Position numbers and translations under genes: made by a program
Source: Patescibacteria group bacterium
Lineage (GTDB): Bacteria; Patescibacteriota; Patescibacteriia; UM-FILTER-42-10
NCBI GenBank assembly: GCA_041664365.1
Contig: JBAYKW010000002.1
Coordinates: 11,858-75,857, forward strand
Length of the DNA: 64,000 nucleotides
Direction: 5' to 3'
Notes under the pieces: generated by a model
Databases searched by the model: none
Told to the model about the DNA's origin: nothing
What the model saw: the letters and a program-made list of their open reading frames with translations, nothing else
Shown: positions 35,906-44,965 of the stretch, piece by piece
How the letters are laid out: each line of letters opens with the position of its first letter
How positions within the stretch are numbered: position 1 is the first letter of the stretch

Positions 35906-35912
35906 TTGATTT
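35888..35912. repeat. 25-bp direct repeat DR1 (the tRNA-Leu 5' end plus 7 nt of upstream flank)
   Basis: cagttccgccatcccggcttgattt. Identical to 36280-36304 except that the preceding base differs. Confidence 0.8.
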
Positions 35913-35913
35913 A

Positions 35914-36168
35914 CTATATGTTCGATAATGTGTTTCTGAGCAATGCTCTTAATGATTTCTTTCCTTTACTGGTTTTAAAGTAGCGTTCTCTTTTTTCAGC
36001 ATCTTCTTTATTATTGAACATTTCATAGAAAATAATCTTAACAGGTAATCTATGTTTAGTAAAAGTGCTTTTACCCTGCCTATGTTCTTTTAAACGTCTT
36101 TCAAGGTTATTAGTAATACCTGCATAAAGTTGCTTATTGGATAAAAGCAAAATATAAACAGAAAACAT
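35914..36168 (-). CDS. small GIY-YIG nuclease-domain protein (UPF0213/YhbQ-like, 84 aa)
   Basis: MFSVYILLLSNKQLYAGITNNLERRLKEHRQGKSTFTKHRLPVKIIFYEMFNNKEDAEKRERYFK carries the GIY-YIG core (VYIL...YAGIT.NLERRL.EH...E). AT-rich. Lies between the two 25-bp direct repeats. Confidence 0.65.
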   Translation of the reverse strand: MFSVYILLLSNKQLYAGITNNLERRLKEHRQGKSTFTKHRLPVKIIFYEMFNNKEDAEKRERYFKTSKGKKSLRALLRNTLSNI

Positions 36169-36279
36169 GTTGATATTGTATTACGGATTATTAAATAACA
36201 ATGATTAGTAAATAGTAATTTCCGCCATCTCGTACCACACAGGGTACGTGATAGCCATGAACCCTTTAGTGGTTCATGG

Positions 36280-36304
36280 CAGTTCCGCCATCCCGGCTTG
36301 ATTT
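36280..36304. repeat. 25-bp direct repeat DR2 (an orphan copy of the tRNA-Leu 5' end), preceded by a perfect hairpin GCCATGAACC-ctttagt-GGTTCATGGC
   Basis: ggttcatggCAGTTCCGCCATCCCGGCTTGATTTgaaaca read directly. Confidence 0.8.
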
Positions 36305-36365
36305 GAAACAGATATTACAAATATCTTTATCTCATACACTAGTCTAAATGGAATACAGCTTTCCT

Positions 36366-36403
36366 GTCAACCTCGTTAGAGAAAAACTCTCTAACGGGGT
36401 CAA
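36366..36403. promoter_or_regulatory. palindromic intergenic element (copy 2) upstream of the parA promoter
   Basis: gtcaacctcgttagagaaaaactctctaacggggtcaa. A TATAAT sits at about 36451 before parA. Confidence 0.55.
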
Positions 36404-36481
36404 CTGGTTTAATTGGTAGTGGCAATATCTGTAAAAATTGGTATAATATAAAAGTTATATAACAATAAAGAGTATCTTTTA

Positions 36482-37246
36482 ATGGCTCGAATTATTTCGT
36501 TAGTAAATCAGAAAGGTGGTGTTGGTAAAACAACCACTGCGGTCAATCTCGGAGCATATCTGGCGCAAATGGGCCGTTTTGTTTTGTTGGTGGATATTGA
36601 TCCGCAGGGTAATGCATCTTCAGGTGTGGGAGTCGAAATGAGAAAGGTCCAAAAAGGTGTTTATGAAGCAATTATCAACCAAGCTTCTTTTCGGGATATC
36701 ACGCAACATACTCAAATTGATGGATACAAAGTAGCTCCGGCAACCATGTCACTAGCCGGTGCCAATATTGAACTGGTGCCTTTTGAGCAGAGAGAGTACC
36801 GGTTGCATAATAGTTTGATGGAGATAAAGCACGATTTTGATTACATAATAATTGATTGTCCACCAAGTCTGGGTCTTTTGACTATTAACGGGTTGGTGGC
36901 AGCCGATGAAATATTAATCCCGGTCCAAAGTGAATACTATGCGCTGGAAGGATTGGGCCATCTGCTTAATACCGTGAATTTGATTAAGGAGAATCTGAAA
37001 CCGGATTTAAAAATATTGGGTGCGGTCTTAACAATGTATGACCGGAGATATCAGTTGTCTCAGGAGGTAATGAACGAATTATACAAATTCTTCCCGGATA
37101 AAATATTCCGCTCGGTTATACCGCGTAATGTAAGACTGGCGGAAGCCCCGTCTTTTGGTGAGTCAATTCTAACCTACGATCCAAAATCAAAAGGCGCGAA
37201 AGCTTATGAGCGTTTGGCGCGTGAAATTATTGATACAGAAAATTAA
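36482..37246 (+). CDS. parA: chromosome partitioning ATPase ParA/Soj
   Basis: Deviant Walker A NQKGGVGKTTTAVNLGAYLA and ParA-family blocks (LLVDIDPQGNAS, IIIDCPPSLGLLT). Confidence 0.85.
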   Translation: MARIISLVNQKGGVGKTTTAVNLGAYLAQMGRFVLLVDIDPQGNASSGVGVEMRKVQKGVYEAIINQASFRDITQHTQIDGYKVAPATMSLAGANIELVPFEQREYRLHNSLMEIKHDFDYIIIDCPPSLGLLTINGLVAADEILIPVQSEYYALEGLGHLLNTVNLIKENLKPDLKILGAVLTMYDRRYQLSQEVMNELYKFFPDKIFRSVIPRNVRLAEAPSFGESILTYDPKSKGAKAYERLAREIIDTEN

Positions 37247-37258
37247 TAAATTTAAATA

Positions 37259-38116
37259 ATGAAACACAACCATAGTCTGGGCAAAGGGTTAGCCGCACTG
37301 ATTCCGATCAAGCAGGTGGCGGGTGTCACCACCGCGCAGTTGGCCGGTGCGAAAGAAGAATCAATCCATGAGTTGTCGATTGATGAGATTCAGGTTAATC
37401 CGATGCAACCGCGCACATACTTTGACGCACACGCGGAACAAGAGCTAGTTGAGTCAATTAGGGAACACGGAATAATCCAACCGTTAGTCGTCACTAAAGA
37501 TGGTGAGCAATATCAGCTGATTGCCGGTGAAAGAAGACTGCGGGCTGCTAAGGTCGTTGGCTTGAAAACAGTACCGACTGTTTTACGTAACGTTTCTCAG
37601 CAACAAAAGCTGGAGGTCTCTTTGATTGAGAATATTCAAAGGCAGGATTTGAATCCGATAGAGGAAGCGCTTGCCTATTTGAGATTAATGCATGAGTTCA
37701 GCTTGACCCAGGAGCAAATGGCAAAGCGGGTTGGCAAAAATCGTGCCACTGTGGCTAATCTTTTGAGAATTCTTGAACTGCCTGCGGAAGTGCAACAGGC
37801 ATTGATTGATCGGAAGATAACTTTAGGCCACGCAAAGGTGATATTATCTTTAGATTCCGAAAAAGACCAGATAAACACTTTTAAAAAAATATTAAGAGGG
37901 GGATTGAACGTGCAGGAAGCGACACGGGTTGTTCATGCTATCAAGCCTTCCAAGAAAAGCAAAACAATTGATTTTGATCTCCAGGAAAAAGAGGAAAAGC
38001 TCAGGTCGGCACTTTCGACGAAAGTAAGAATCGAACAGCATGGCAGGGGTGGGAAGATAGTTATAGAATACTATTCTTCCGACGAGCTAGATTCACTAAT
38101 TAATAAAATTGTATAA
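37259..38116 (+). CDS. parB: chromosome partitioning protein ParB/Spo0J
   Basis: ParB-box IQPLVVTKDGEQYQLIAGERRLRAAKVVGLKTVP and HTH LTQEQMAKRVGKNRATVANLLRIL. Confidence 0.85.
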   Translation: MKHNHSLGKGLAALIPIKQVAGVTTAQLAGAKEESIHELSIDEIQVNPMQPRTYFDAHAEQELVESIREHGIIQPLVVTKDGEQYQLIAGERRLRAAKVVGLKTVPTVLRNVSQQQKLEVSLIENIQRQDLNPIEEALAYLRLMHEFSLTQEQMAKRVGKNRATVANLLRILELPAEVQQALIDRKITLGHAKVILSLDSEKDQINTFKKILRGGLNVQEATRVVHAIKPSKKSKTIDFDLQEKEEKLRSALSTKVRIEQHGRGGKIVIEYYSSDELDSLINKIV

Positions 38117-38127
38117 AATAAAAATTT

Positions 38128-40404
38128 ATGTGGTTAAAAATCGTAAAAAATCCGATAACTAAGAAAAAGAATCTGGCAGAAAAAGTGATTCATAACTGCC
38201 TTTATGCGATTGTCTTTTTATTCCCATTAATATTTTTCCCAAATACTGATACCGTGCTGGAATTTCCGAAGCTATTTTTATTTGGAATTCTGGTTATTGT
38301 CGCGACTTCGGCATGGTTAGTTAGAATAATGTTAGAAAAAAAAGTTGTTTTACAACAAAGCCCACTTAATTTATTTGTGCTGATTTTTGGTCTGCTGTAT
38401 CTGCTTGCCACCCTGTTTTCCGTGGATCGATTTATTAGTTTCACCGGCGACGGCTTGTCCCACGGCAGTTTTATCAGTGTTTTATTCGGCATAATTTTCT
38501 ATTTTTTGATTGTAAATTCTGTTCGTGACGTAAAAGATGCTTGGGAGTTAATCCGCGCATTTTTATTCTCCGGACTTTTTGTATTAATTTTCAATTTGTC
38601 TCAGCTTTTTGGTGTGAATATATTCACCTATGATTTTGCCCAAAACAACGCATTTAACTTAGTTGCTAATTCCGTTTCAATATTTGTGATTTACCTGGTT
38701 GTATTATTCATGATTGCCTTCGGATTTTTGGTTAAAAGCGCAAAAAAAATCGACCGGATATTAAGTGAAGTAGTTTTGGTCCTGGCATTTGCGACATTAT
38801 TCTTTCTGGATAAACAACTGGGTTGGTATTTACTGATTGTCGGCATGTTCAGTTGGCTGGTCCTGTTATCCATGCAATCCAGGAAACTAAAGACAGCTAT
38901 AATTATCATTCCAACCGTTCTTTTAGTCATTGCAATCGGCTTTCTGTTTTTCAATACTTCGGCGATTACGGCAGTTGTCGCACCTCAGGACGTTAAGCTG
39001 GATTTCCAGACCGCCTGGCAAATTACGAAAACCGGCGGTATGCAAATGTTCCTGTTCGGTTCTGGTCCGGAGACTTTTTTGCATGATTTTACGAAATTCC
39101 GGCCGGATGATTTCAATAATTCATTGTTATGGCAACTTCGGTTTGATCGCTCTTATAATGAACTATTCCAGATTTTTGCTACCACGGGATTTTTTGTGAC
39201 AATTCTATTTATCGGATTGTTTATTTGGTCGTTGATTCAAATAGGTAAAAAGGTGTTTCAGGCAAAACAGCCGGATGAATCCTGGTTTTACATGGTGACA
39301 ATTATGACTGCGTTATTAGTGCTGTTTATTTCCACTTTTTTCCATCATTTCAGCAGTGCGACATATCTGTTATTTTGGATATTATTAGCTTTAAGTGCAA
39401 GCATTGTTTCTACAAAATCGAAAAAGATTGATTTCCAAAAATCTTCTTTGGGAAATTTCGCGCTTTCCTTCATCTTGGCGCTGCTATTGGTCGGTTCTGT
39501 CTCATTTCTTTATTTTGGCGTGAGGATCCTGGCTAGTGAAAACAATTTTGCTCGGGCAGAAATTGAAGCAAAAAATTCAAAAGATATCAGTACGGTTAAC
39601 AAGTATTTGGAAAATTCCGTGAAACAGACGCCATGGAATTCCCAGTATCATCTTACCCTGGCTGAACAATATGTCTTAACAAGCAGTTTGGATTCGAGTA
39701 GTGTCAGCGCGATGCAATATCTGGCTGATGCAAAATCCGAGGTTGATCTTGCAATAAAGCGGGCACCGAAGAATGTTTCGGTTATTGAGCAAAGCGCGGA
39801 GATCTACCGGATAATTAACAATCTGAACGGTCCGGTGTCAGTCACAGATGTTTTTGATACTTACAAAAAAGCAATTTTACTTGACCCGAACAATGCAAGT
39901 TTGATTTATAACGTTGCCAAGGTTTATCTCGCCAGCGCGGAAACTTTGGGTCAATCGGACAGCATTACTCCTGAAATTGAGGAGGAAATAAACACTTTAC
40001 TGTTAGCATCCGAGCAATATGCCCGTGAGTCAATTGGTTTGAGAAATGATTTTTGGGAAGCGGAATTGATACTGGCGAAAACATTAAAACTCCAGGATAA
40101 AACTCAGGATGCTGTTGATATTCTTACCGAGTCGGTCAATCGTAATCCTTACAATCTCTCATTACGCGAAGAATTTGCTGTTGATTTGATTGCTTTGAAT
40201 GAGTTAGATAAAGCTAAAGAGCAATTACAGATAATAATTTCCCTGCAACCAGACCATGCCAACGCCCATTTCTGGCTAGCGGTAGTATATGAACAACTAG
40301 GGGATAAAGAAAACGCCATTACTGAGTTAGAAATGGTGCTTAGTACAAATCCGGATAATGAAATTATAAAAGAAAAATTGTCTAAATTAAAGGAAGGGGA
40401 ATAG
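38128..40404 (+). CDS. large polytopic membrane protein (O-antigen ligase/Wzy_C-like) with C-terminal TPR repeats
   Basis: At least 10 predicted TM helices in the N-terminal roughly 450 aa. The C-terminal roughly 280 aa contain TPR-like repeats (e.g. NAHFWLAVVYEQLGDKENAITELEMVL). Confidence 0.45.
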   Translation: MWLKIVKNPITKKKNLAEKVIHNCLYAIVFLFPLIFFPNTDTVLEFPKLFLFGILVIVATSAWLVRIMLEKKVVLQQSPLNLFVLIFGLLYLLATLFSVDRFISFTGDGLSHGSFISVLFGIIFYFLIVNSVRDVKDAWELIRAFLFSGLFVLIFNLSQLFGVNIFTYDFAQNNAFNLVANSVSIFVIYLVVLFMIAFGFLVKSAKKIDRILSEVVLVLAFATLFFLDKQLGWYLLIVGMFSWLVLLSMQSRKLKTAIIIIPTVLLVIAIGFLFFNTSAITAVVAPQDVKLDFQTAWQITKTGGMQMFLFGSGPETFLHDFTKFRPDDFNNSLLWQLRFDRSYNELFQIFATTGFFVTILFIGLFIWSLIQIGKKVFQAKQPDESWFYMVTIMTALLVLFISTFFHHFSSATYLLFWILLALSASIVSTKSKKIDFQKSSLGNFALSFILALLLVGSVSFLYFGVRILASENNFARAEIEAKNSKDISTVNKYLENSVKQTPWNSQYHLTLAEQYVLTSSLDSSSVSAMQYLADAKSEVDLAIKRAPKNVSVIEQSAEIYRIINNLNGPVSVTDVFDTYKKAILLDPNNASLIYNVAKVYLASAETLGQSDSITPEIEEEINTLLLASEQYARESIGLRNDFWEAELILAKTLKLQDKTQDAVDILTESVNRNPYNLSLREEFAVDLIALNELDKAKEQLQIIISLQPDHANAHFWLAVVYEQLGDKENAITELEMVLSTNPDNEIIKEKLSKLKEGE

Positions 40405-40411
40405 CAGGCTG

Positions 40412-41851
40412 CTAATTTTGCCTGCTGTAGTACCTGATCTTTTCCCGCGCGATATTTGTTTTAACGAAGCTGAGCCAGTCGGTGCTCGGCTTTTTACGAT
40501 TTTTATCAATAATTATTTCTACCATATCGCCGCTTTTCAATGTCGTATCCAGACTCGCTATTTTTTCGTTTATTCTTGTGCCAATACATTTAATCCCGAC
40601 ATCTGTGTGGATAGTAAATGCAAAATCAACTGGCGTCGAATCTTCCGGTAAATCAATTACATCTCCTTTGGGTGTAAAAACAAAAATTCTGTTTTGAAAA
40701 ATATCTACTTTTATCGCTTCCAAGAAATGAGTTTTGTCTTTTGACTCTTTTTGTATAGTAACGAGATCTTTTATCCAGTTGGGGGAATCAATCGTAATTC
40801 CCCGGCCATTTTTTGTTTTTCCTGATTCAGAATAATGCCAATGGGCGGCAATTCCGTATTCAGCAAATTCATGCATTTCGGGAGTCCGAATCTGAAACTC
40901 CACCAGTTTGCCGTTTAAACAAAAAACTGTGGTGTGCAGTGATTGATAACCGTTCGGTTTTGGCGTGGCAATATAGTCTTTAATTCTGCCTGTTAGAGGC
41001 TTCCAGTATTTATGGATGATTCCAAGGGTGGCATAGCAGTCGCTGATTGTCGGTACGATTATACGCAACGCTACAAGATCGTATATTTTACTGAAATCCT
41101 TATCCTTCATCAGCAGTTTTTTATACAAGCTATACAGATATTTAGTACGGCCATGGATCGATAAGGATTCGATTCCCTCTTTTCTTAATATTACTTTAAT
41201 TTCTTTTATGACCTCTTCTAAATATTTCTCTTGTTTTACAATTCTTCCTTTTGTTTCTTTCATCAGCCAGGCATATTCCTCCGGTAGGACATGGGGAAAT
41301 GATAGATCCTCAAGCATACCTTTTATTTCGCCCATACCGAGTCTGTTGGCGATCGGGGAATAAATCTCCAGGGTTTCCATGGCAATTCTCCTCCGCTTTT
41401 CTTCCGGTAGGGCATCCAGTGTTTCTAAATTATGCATGCGGTCGGCAAATTTGATCAGAATTATTCTGACATCTTTGGCCATGGCCAGGAACATTTTTCT
41501 GAGATTCTCCACATATCTTTGCATACCGCGGTATTTTATTTTACCGAGTTTGGTGATCCCCGCAACCAAAGTTGCGATGTCTTTGCCGAATTCTTTTCTG
41601 ATATCTTCAATTGTTAAATCGGTATCTTCCGGAACGTCGTGCAATAATCCGGCAATAATAATTTTTTCGTCCAACCCCATATCTACTAAATTGCTGGCTG
41701 TATGGAGCGGATGTTGTATATAATCCTCTCCAGAGCGTCTTTTCTGCCCCTTGTGGGCCTCTTTGGCATAATCATAAGCCAAACGAATCATGTCCAGATC
41801 CATTTTGGGGTTTTTCTTCGCTATTTTATTCAGTAATTGTTGTATAGTCAT
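40412..41851 (-). CDS. rel: bifunctional (p)ppGpp synthetase/hydrolase, RelA/SpoT homologue (short form)
   Basis: HD hydrolase domain (HPLHTASNLVDMGLDEKIIIAGLLHDVPEDT), synthetase domain (DLVALRIIV...RIKDYIATPKPNGYQSLHTTV), and a C-terminal TGS domain. Confidence 0.8.
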   Translation of the reverse strand: MTIQQLLNKIAKKNPKMDLDMIRLAYDYAKEAHKGQKRRSGEDYIQHPLHTASNLVDMGLDEKIIIAGLLHDVPEDTDLTIEDIRKEFGKDIATLVAGITKLGKIKYRGMQRYVENLRKMFLAMAKDVRIILIKFADRMHNLETLDALPEEKRRRIAMETLEIYSPIANRLGMGEIKGMLEDLSFPHVLPEEYAWLMKETKGRIVKQEKYLEEVIKEIKVILRKEGIESLSIHGRTKYLYSLYKKLLMKDKDFSKIYDLVALRIIVPTISDCYATLGIIHKYWKPLTGRIKDYIATPKPNGYQSLHTTVFCLNGKLVEFQIRTPEMHEFAEYGIAAHWHYSESGKTKNGRGITIDSPNWIKDLVTIQKESKDKTHFLEAIKVDIFQNRIFVFTPKGDVIDLPEDSTPVDFAFTIHTDVGIKCIGTRINEKIASLDTTLKSGDMVEIIIDKNRKKPSTDWLSFVKTNIAREKIRYYSRQN

Positions 41852-41950
41852 TGGGGGGGGTCGAAATATATTTCCAGTTTAGAATACAATCACCCAACAA
41901 TCAAGCGTAAATCAAAAGAAGAGCATTTCGCTCTTCTTTAATAAGAATAT

Positions 41951-42667
41951 TTATTTGATTTTTTTAGCCTTTTTTTCAAGCATAGCAATCGCATCTTCCA
42001 GCGTGACGGAATCGCTGGTAATTGTTTTAGGAACGGATACATTTATTTTACCGTTCGTAATATATGGTCCGAATTTTCCTTCTTTGATAATAATGTCATT
42101 TCGCTCCTCATCCTGTCCCAGATTGATCACCGCAGATTTACCGCCCGGCCTGAGCTTGTCACCCTTCAGTAGGTCTCTTGCCTCATCCAGCGTGATTTTT
42201 AATGGTGACAGGTTTGACGGGAGACTGCGGGTTTCTTTTCCCGCTTTGATGTAAGGTCCGAATTTTCCGTTGGATACTGTAATAATTTCACCATCATCAG
42301 CTGTGCCCAGAGTTTTCGGTAAAGTCAAAAGTTCCAGGGCCGTATCAAGATTTAATTTTTTAGCATCCATTCCCCTAAGTAGTGATGCTGTTTTTGGTTT
42401 TCTGCCCTTTTCTGAATCTCCCAGCTGAATATATGTGCCATAACGTCCTTCTTTCAGGTAAACCGGTTTTTTTGTTTCCGGATCATCACCGATTAACCGG
42501 TCCTCATGCATTTCTTGCTTAACTCCTTCTCGGACAATATTAATCGTATTTTTGCAGTCAGGATAACCGGTACATGCCAGAAACTCACCGTATCTGCCGG
42601 ATCTTAAAACCATCGTTTTCCCGCATCGGTCGCAAATTTCTTCAATTTTAGGCTCTGTATTATCCAT
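41951..42667 (-). CDS. topA: DNA topoisomerase I C-terminal segment (zinc ribbon plus Topo_C repeats), encoded as a separate ORF
   Basis: CDRCGKTMVLRSGRYGEFLACTGYPDC zinc ribbon followed by repeated KFGPYIKAGK / KFGPYITNGK TopA C-terminal repeats. Its ATG lies 1 nt after the stop of the upstream topA ORF and in a different frame. Confidence 0.6.
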   Translation of the reverse strand: MDNTEPKIEEICDRCGKTMVLRSGRYGEFLACTGYPDCKNTINIVREGVKQEMHEDRLIGDDPETKKPVYLKEGRYGTYIQLGDSEKGRKPKTASLLRGMDAKKLNLDTALELLTLPKTLGTADDGEIITVSNGKFGPYIKAGKETRSLPSNLSPLKITLDEARDLLKGDKLRPGGKSAVINLGQDEERNDIIIKEGKFGPYITNGKINVSVPKTITSDSVTLEDAIAMLEKKAKKIK

Positions 42668-42668
42668 G

Positions 42669-44870
42669 TTATTTTGTCAGTTTATGTGGGTTATGGTTCG
42701 GGCAGGTTTTATCACTGCACCTTTCCGGGATCGTTTTTGTTCCCTCCATCATTAGAGCACCGCATACTCCCGTTTCTCTGGTATATTCACAAAATCTTCC
42801 GGTCGGTTTGGCCTTGATGGCGTGTTTGCATTTCGGATAATTAGAACAGCTGTAAAATTTTCCGAACCGCCCTCTTTTTTCCACCATTTCACCGTCTTTG
42901 CATACAGTACATTTAACTCCAGTGGAATTCTGGCCGTTTTCACTGTTCTTGATGTATTTGCATTTCGGATAATTAGAACAGGAGATAAATAATCCGTACT
43001 TTCCTTCGCGTTCCACCTGTTTACCGTCCTTACATTCCGGACACGGATCACCGGTTTCTTTCGGACCCTGCATTTCCTTGCCGTCGATTGTCCTGCTACC
43101 ACTGCAATCGGGAAACTTGGCACAGCTTAAAAATTTTCCGGAGCGTCCGAGTTTGATTATCATTTCAGACTGGCATTTCGGGCACTTGATATCTTTATCC
43201 GCTTTACCGAGGTTGGTTATTTTTGCTATTTTATCTTTTGCTTTCACGTCTTTGGAAAAAGGTCCATAAAAATCTTTGAGGGTTTTTACATAATCTCTTT
43301 TACCCTGGGCGATTTCATCCAATTCATCTTCCATTTCAGCGGTAAATGAATCGCTAATATAATTTGCAAAATTGTCCTCCAGGAATTTGCTGACCACTTC
43401 GCCGGTATCGGTCGGTTTTAAAGCACGGCCTTCTTTTTCAACATATCCTCGGGAAATTATCGTATTAATAATTGACGCGTAAGTGCTCGGTCGTCCGATT
43501 CCTCGTTTTTCCAGTTCTTTAACCAGGCCGGCTTCAGTGTATCTGGGTAGCGGTTGTGTTTGCTTTTCGAGCGAATTTATTTGATCTAAAGTCAGGGGAT
43601 CTGCAACTTTCAATTTCGGCAGATCCACCTCTTCATTACGCGCTGTCGGATCAGCCAGAAGCCATCCGGGATTAATAATATGTGTTCCGTTGACAGCAAA
43701 ATCAGGTATACTGCCATTTGTGATATTTGCAGTGATCTTTGTTTTCAATAGCAATGCGTCAATCATTTGGCTCGCCATGGTTCTTTGCCAAATCAGCTGG
43801 TAAAGTTTTTTCTGATCATCAGTGGCGCCGGCAGTTTTTTTGGAAAAATCTGACGGTCTGATCGCTTCGTGCGCTTCCTGCGCATTTTTACTTTTGGTTT
43901 TGAATACTCTGACCTGGACTAATTTATCACCATACTCTTTAGTTATGGTCCTCGTGATGTTGCCGAGTGATTCTTTACTCAGATTGGTACTGTCGGTACG
44001 CATGTAGGTGATGTATCCAGCTTCATAAAGCCTCTGAGCAGTACTCATCGTACGCGATGGAGTAAAACCAAAACGTGAACTGGCGGTTTGTTGCAGGGTA
44101 GAAGTTGTAAAAGGTGCGCGCGGACTCCGCTTTGCTTCATTTTCTTTCATTTCAATAACCTGCCAGGCGCCTTTTTTGCCTTGTTCAATAATACTGTCAA
44201 CTTCTTTGATGTCTTTTGGTTCGACAGAACAATTGAATTGTATTTTAATATTTTCTTTAGTTACCAAATCAGCAGTTATCTGCCAATAGGTCTCCGGCAC
44301 AAATTTCTGGATCAGTCTCTCTCGCTCAACCAAAATCCGCAAGGCGGGGGATTGAACTCTCCCTGCTGACAAACCATATCTAACCTTTTTCCAGATTAAT
44401 CCGCTCAGATCATAACCAACCAGCCTGTCTAGTACCCTGCGTGCTTCCTGTGCAATACGCAGATTCTGATCGATCTCCCTCGGATTAGCGATCGCTTCGT
44501 CTATTGCTGACTGGGTAATTTCGTGAAATACAATTCGTTTGATTTTTTTACTATTTCCGTCACTATTCAGTACCTCGGCTATATGCCAGGCAATAGCCTC
44601 TCCTTCACGGTCAGGGTCAGTTGCCAGCAAAATCTCATCCGACACTTTCGCAATCTTTCGCAATTCCGCCACAATTACTCTTTTATCTGCCGAAATCTCA
44701 TACCTTGGCACAAATCCCGCCTCAATATCGATTGCCTGCTTATTACTTTTCGGAATATCGCGAATATGACCGACACTGGCCTTAACGGTGTATTCTGAAT
44801 GATCACCTAAAAGTTTAGTAACTGTTTTTGATTTCGTAGGTGACTCAACGATGACTAGTTTTTTTGTCAT
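42669..44870 (-). CDS. topA: DNA topoisomerase I (Toprim plus catalytic core plus four zinc ribbons)
   Basis: Toprim block KLVIVESPTKSKT...ASVGHIRDIP, type IA core, and four CxxC...CxxC ribbons (CPKCQSE...CAKFPDC, CPECKDG...CSNYPKC, CTVCKDG...CSNYPKC, ...). Confidence 0.85.
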   Translation of the reverse strand: MTKKLVIVESPTKSKTVTKLLGDHSEYTVKASVGHIRDIPKSNKQAIDIEAGFVPRYEISADKRVIVAELRKIAKVSDEILLATDPDREGEAIAWHIAEVLNSDGNSKKIKRIVFHEITQSAIDEAIANPREIDQNLRIAQEARRVLDRLVGYDLSGLIWKKVRYGLSAGRVQSPALRILVERERLIQKFVPETYWQITADLVTKENIKIQFNCSVEPKDIKEVDSIIEQGKKGAWQVIEMKENEAKRSPRAPFTTSTLQQTASSRFGFTPSRTMSTAQRLYEAGYITYMRTDSTNLSKESLGNITRTITKEYGDKLVQVRVFKTKSKNAQEAHEAIRPSDFSKKTAGATDDQKKLYQLIWQRTMASQMIDALLLKTKITANITNGSIPDFAVNGTHIINPGWLLADPTARNEEVDLPKLKVADPLTLDQINSLEKQTQPLPRYTEAGLVKELEKRGIGRPSTYASIINTIISRGYVEKEGRALKPTDTGEVVSKFLEDNFANYISDSFTAEMEDELDEIAQGKRDYVKTLKDFYGPFSKDVKAKDKIAKITNLGKADKDIKCPKCQSEMIIKLGRSGKFLSCAKFPDCSGSRTIDGKEMQGPKETGDPCPECKDGKQVEREGKYGLFISCSNYPKCKYIKNSENGQNSTGVKCTVCKDGEMVEKRGRFGKFYSCSNYPKCKHAIKAKPTGRFCEYTRETGVCGALMMEGTKTIPERCSDKTCPNHNPHKLTK

Positions 44871-44965
44871 AAAAAATAAAGAATTTTTACAATACTTCTA
44901 TATATAACCGCAAATGAGATTACTGTCAAATATTCCCGCCATAATTCTGTTTTCGGTGGGAAGAT

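Noticed and set aside
34890-36310. A classic integrase-mediated genomic island at tRNA-Leu
   Set aside because: No tyrosine or serine recombinase, transposase or excisionase gene is present near the tRNAs. The duplicated segment is the 5' end of the tRNA, whereas integrases usually target the 3' end. Only the small GIY-YIG cassette is supported as a discrete insertion.
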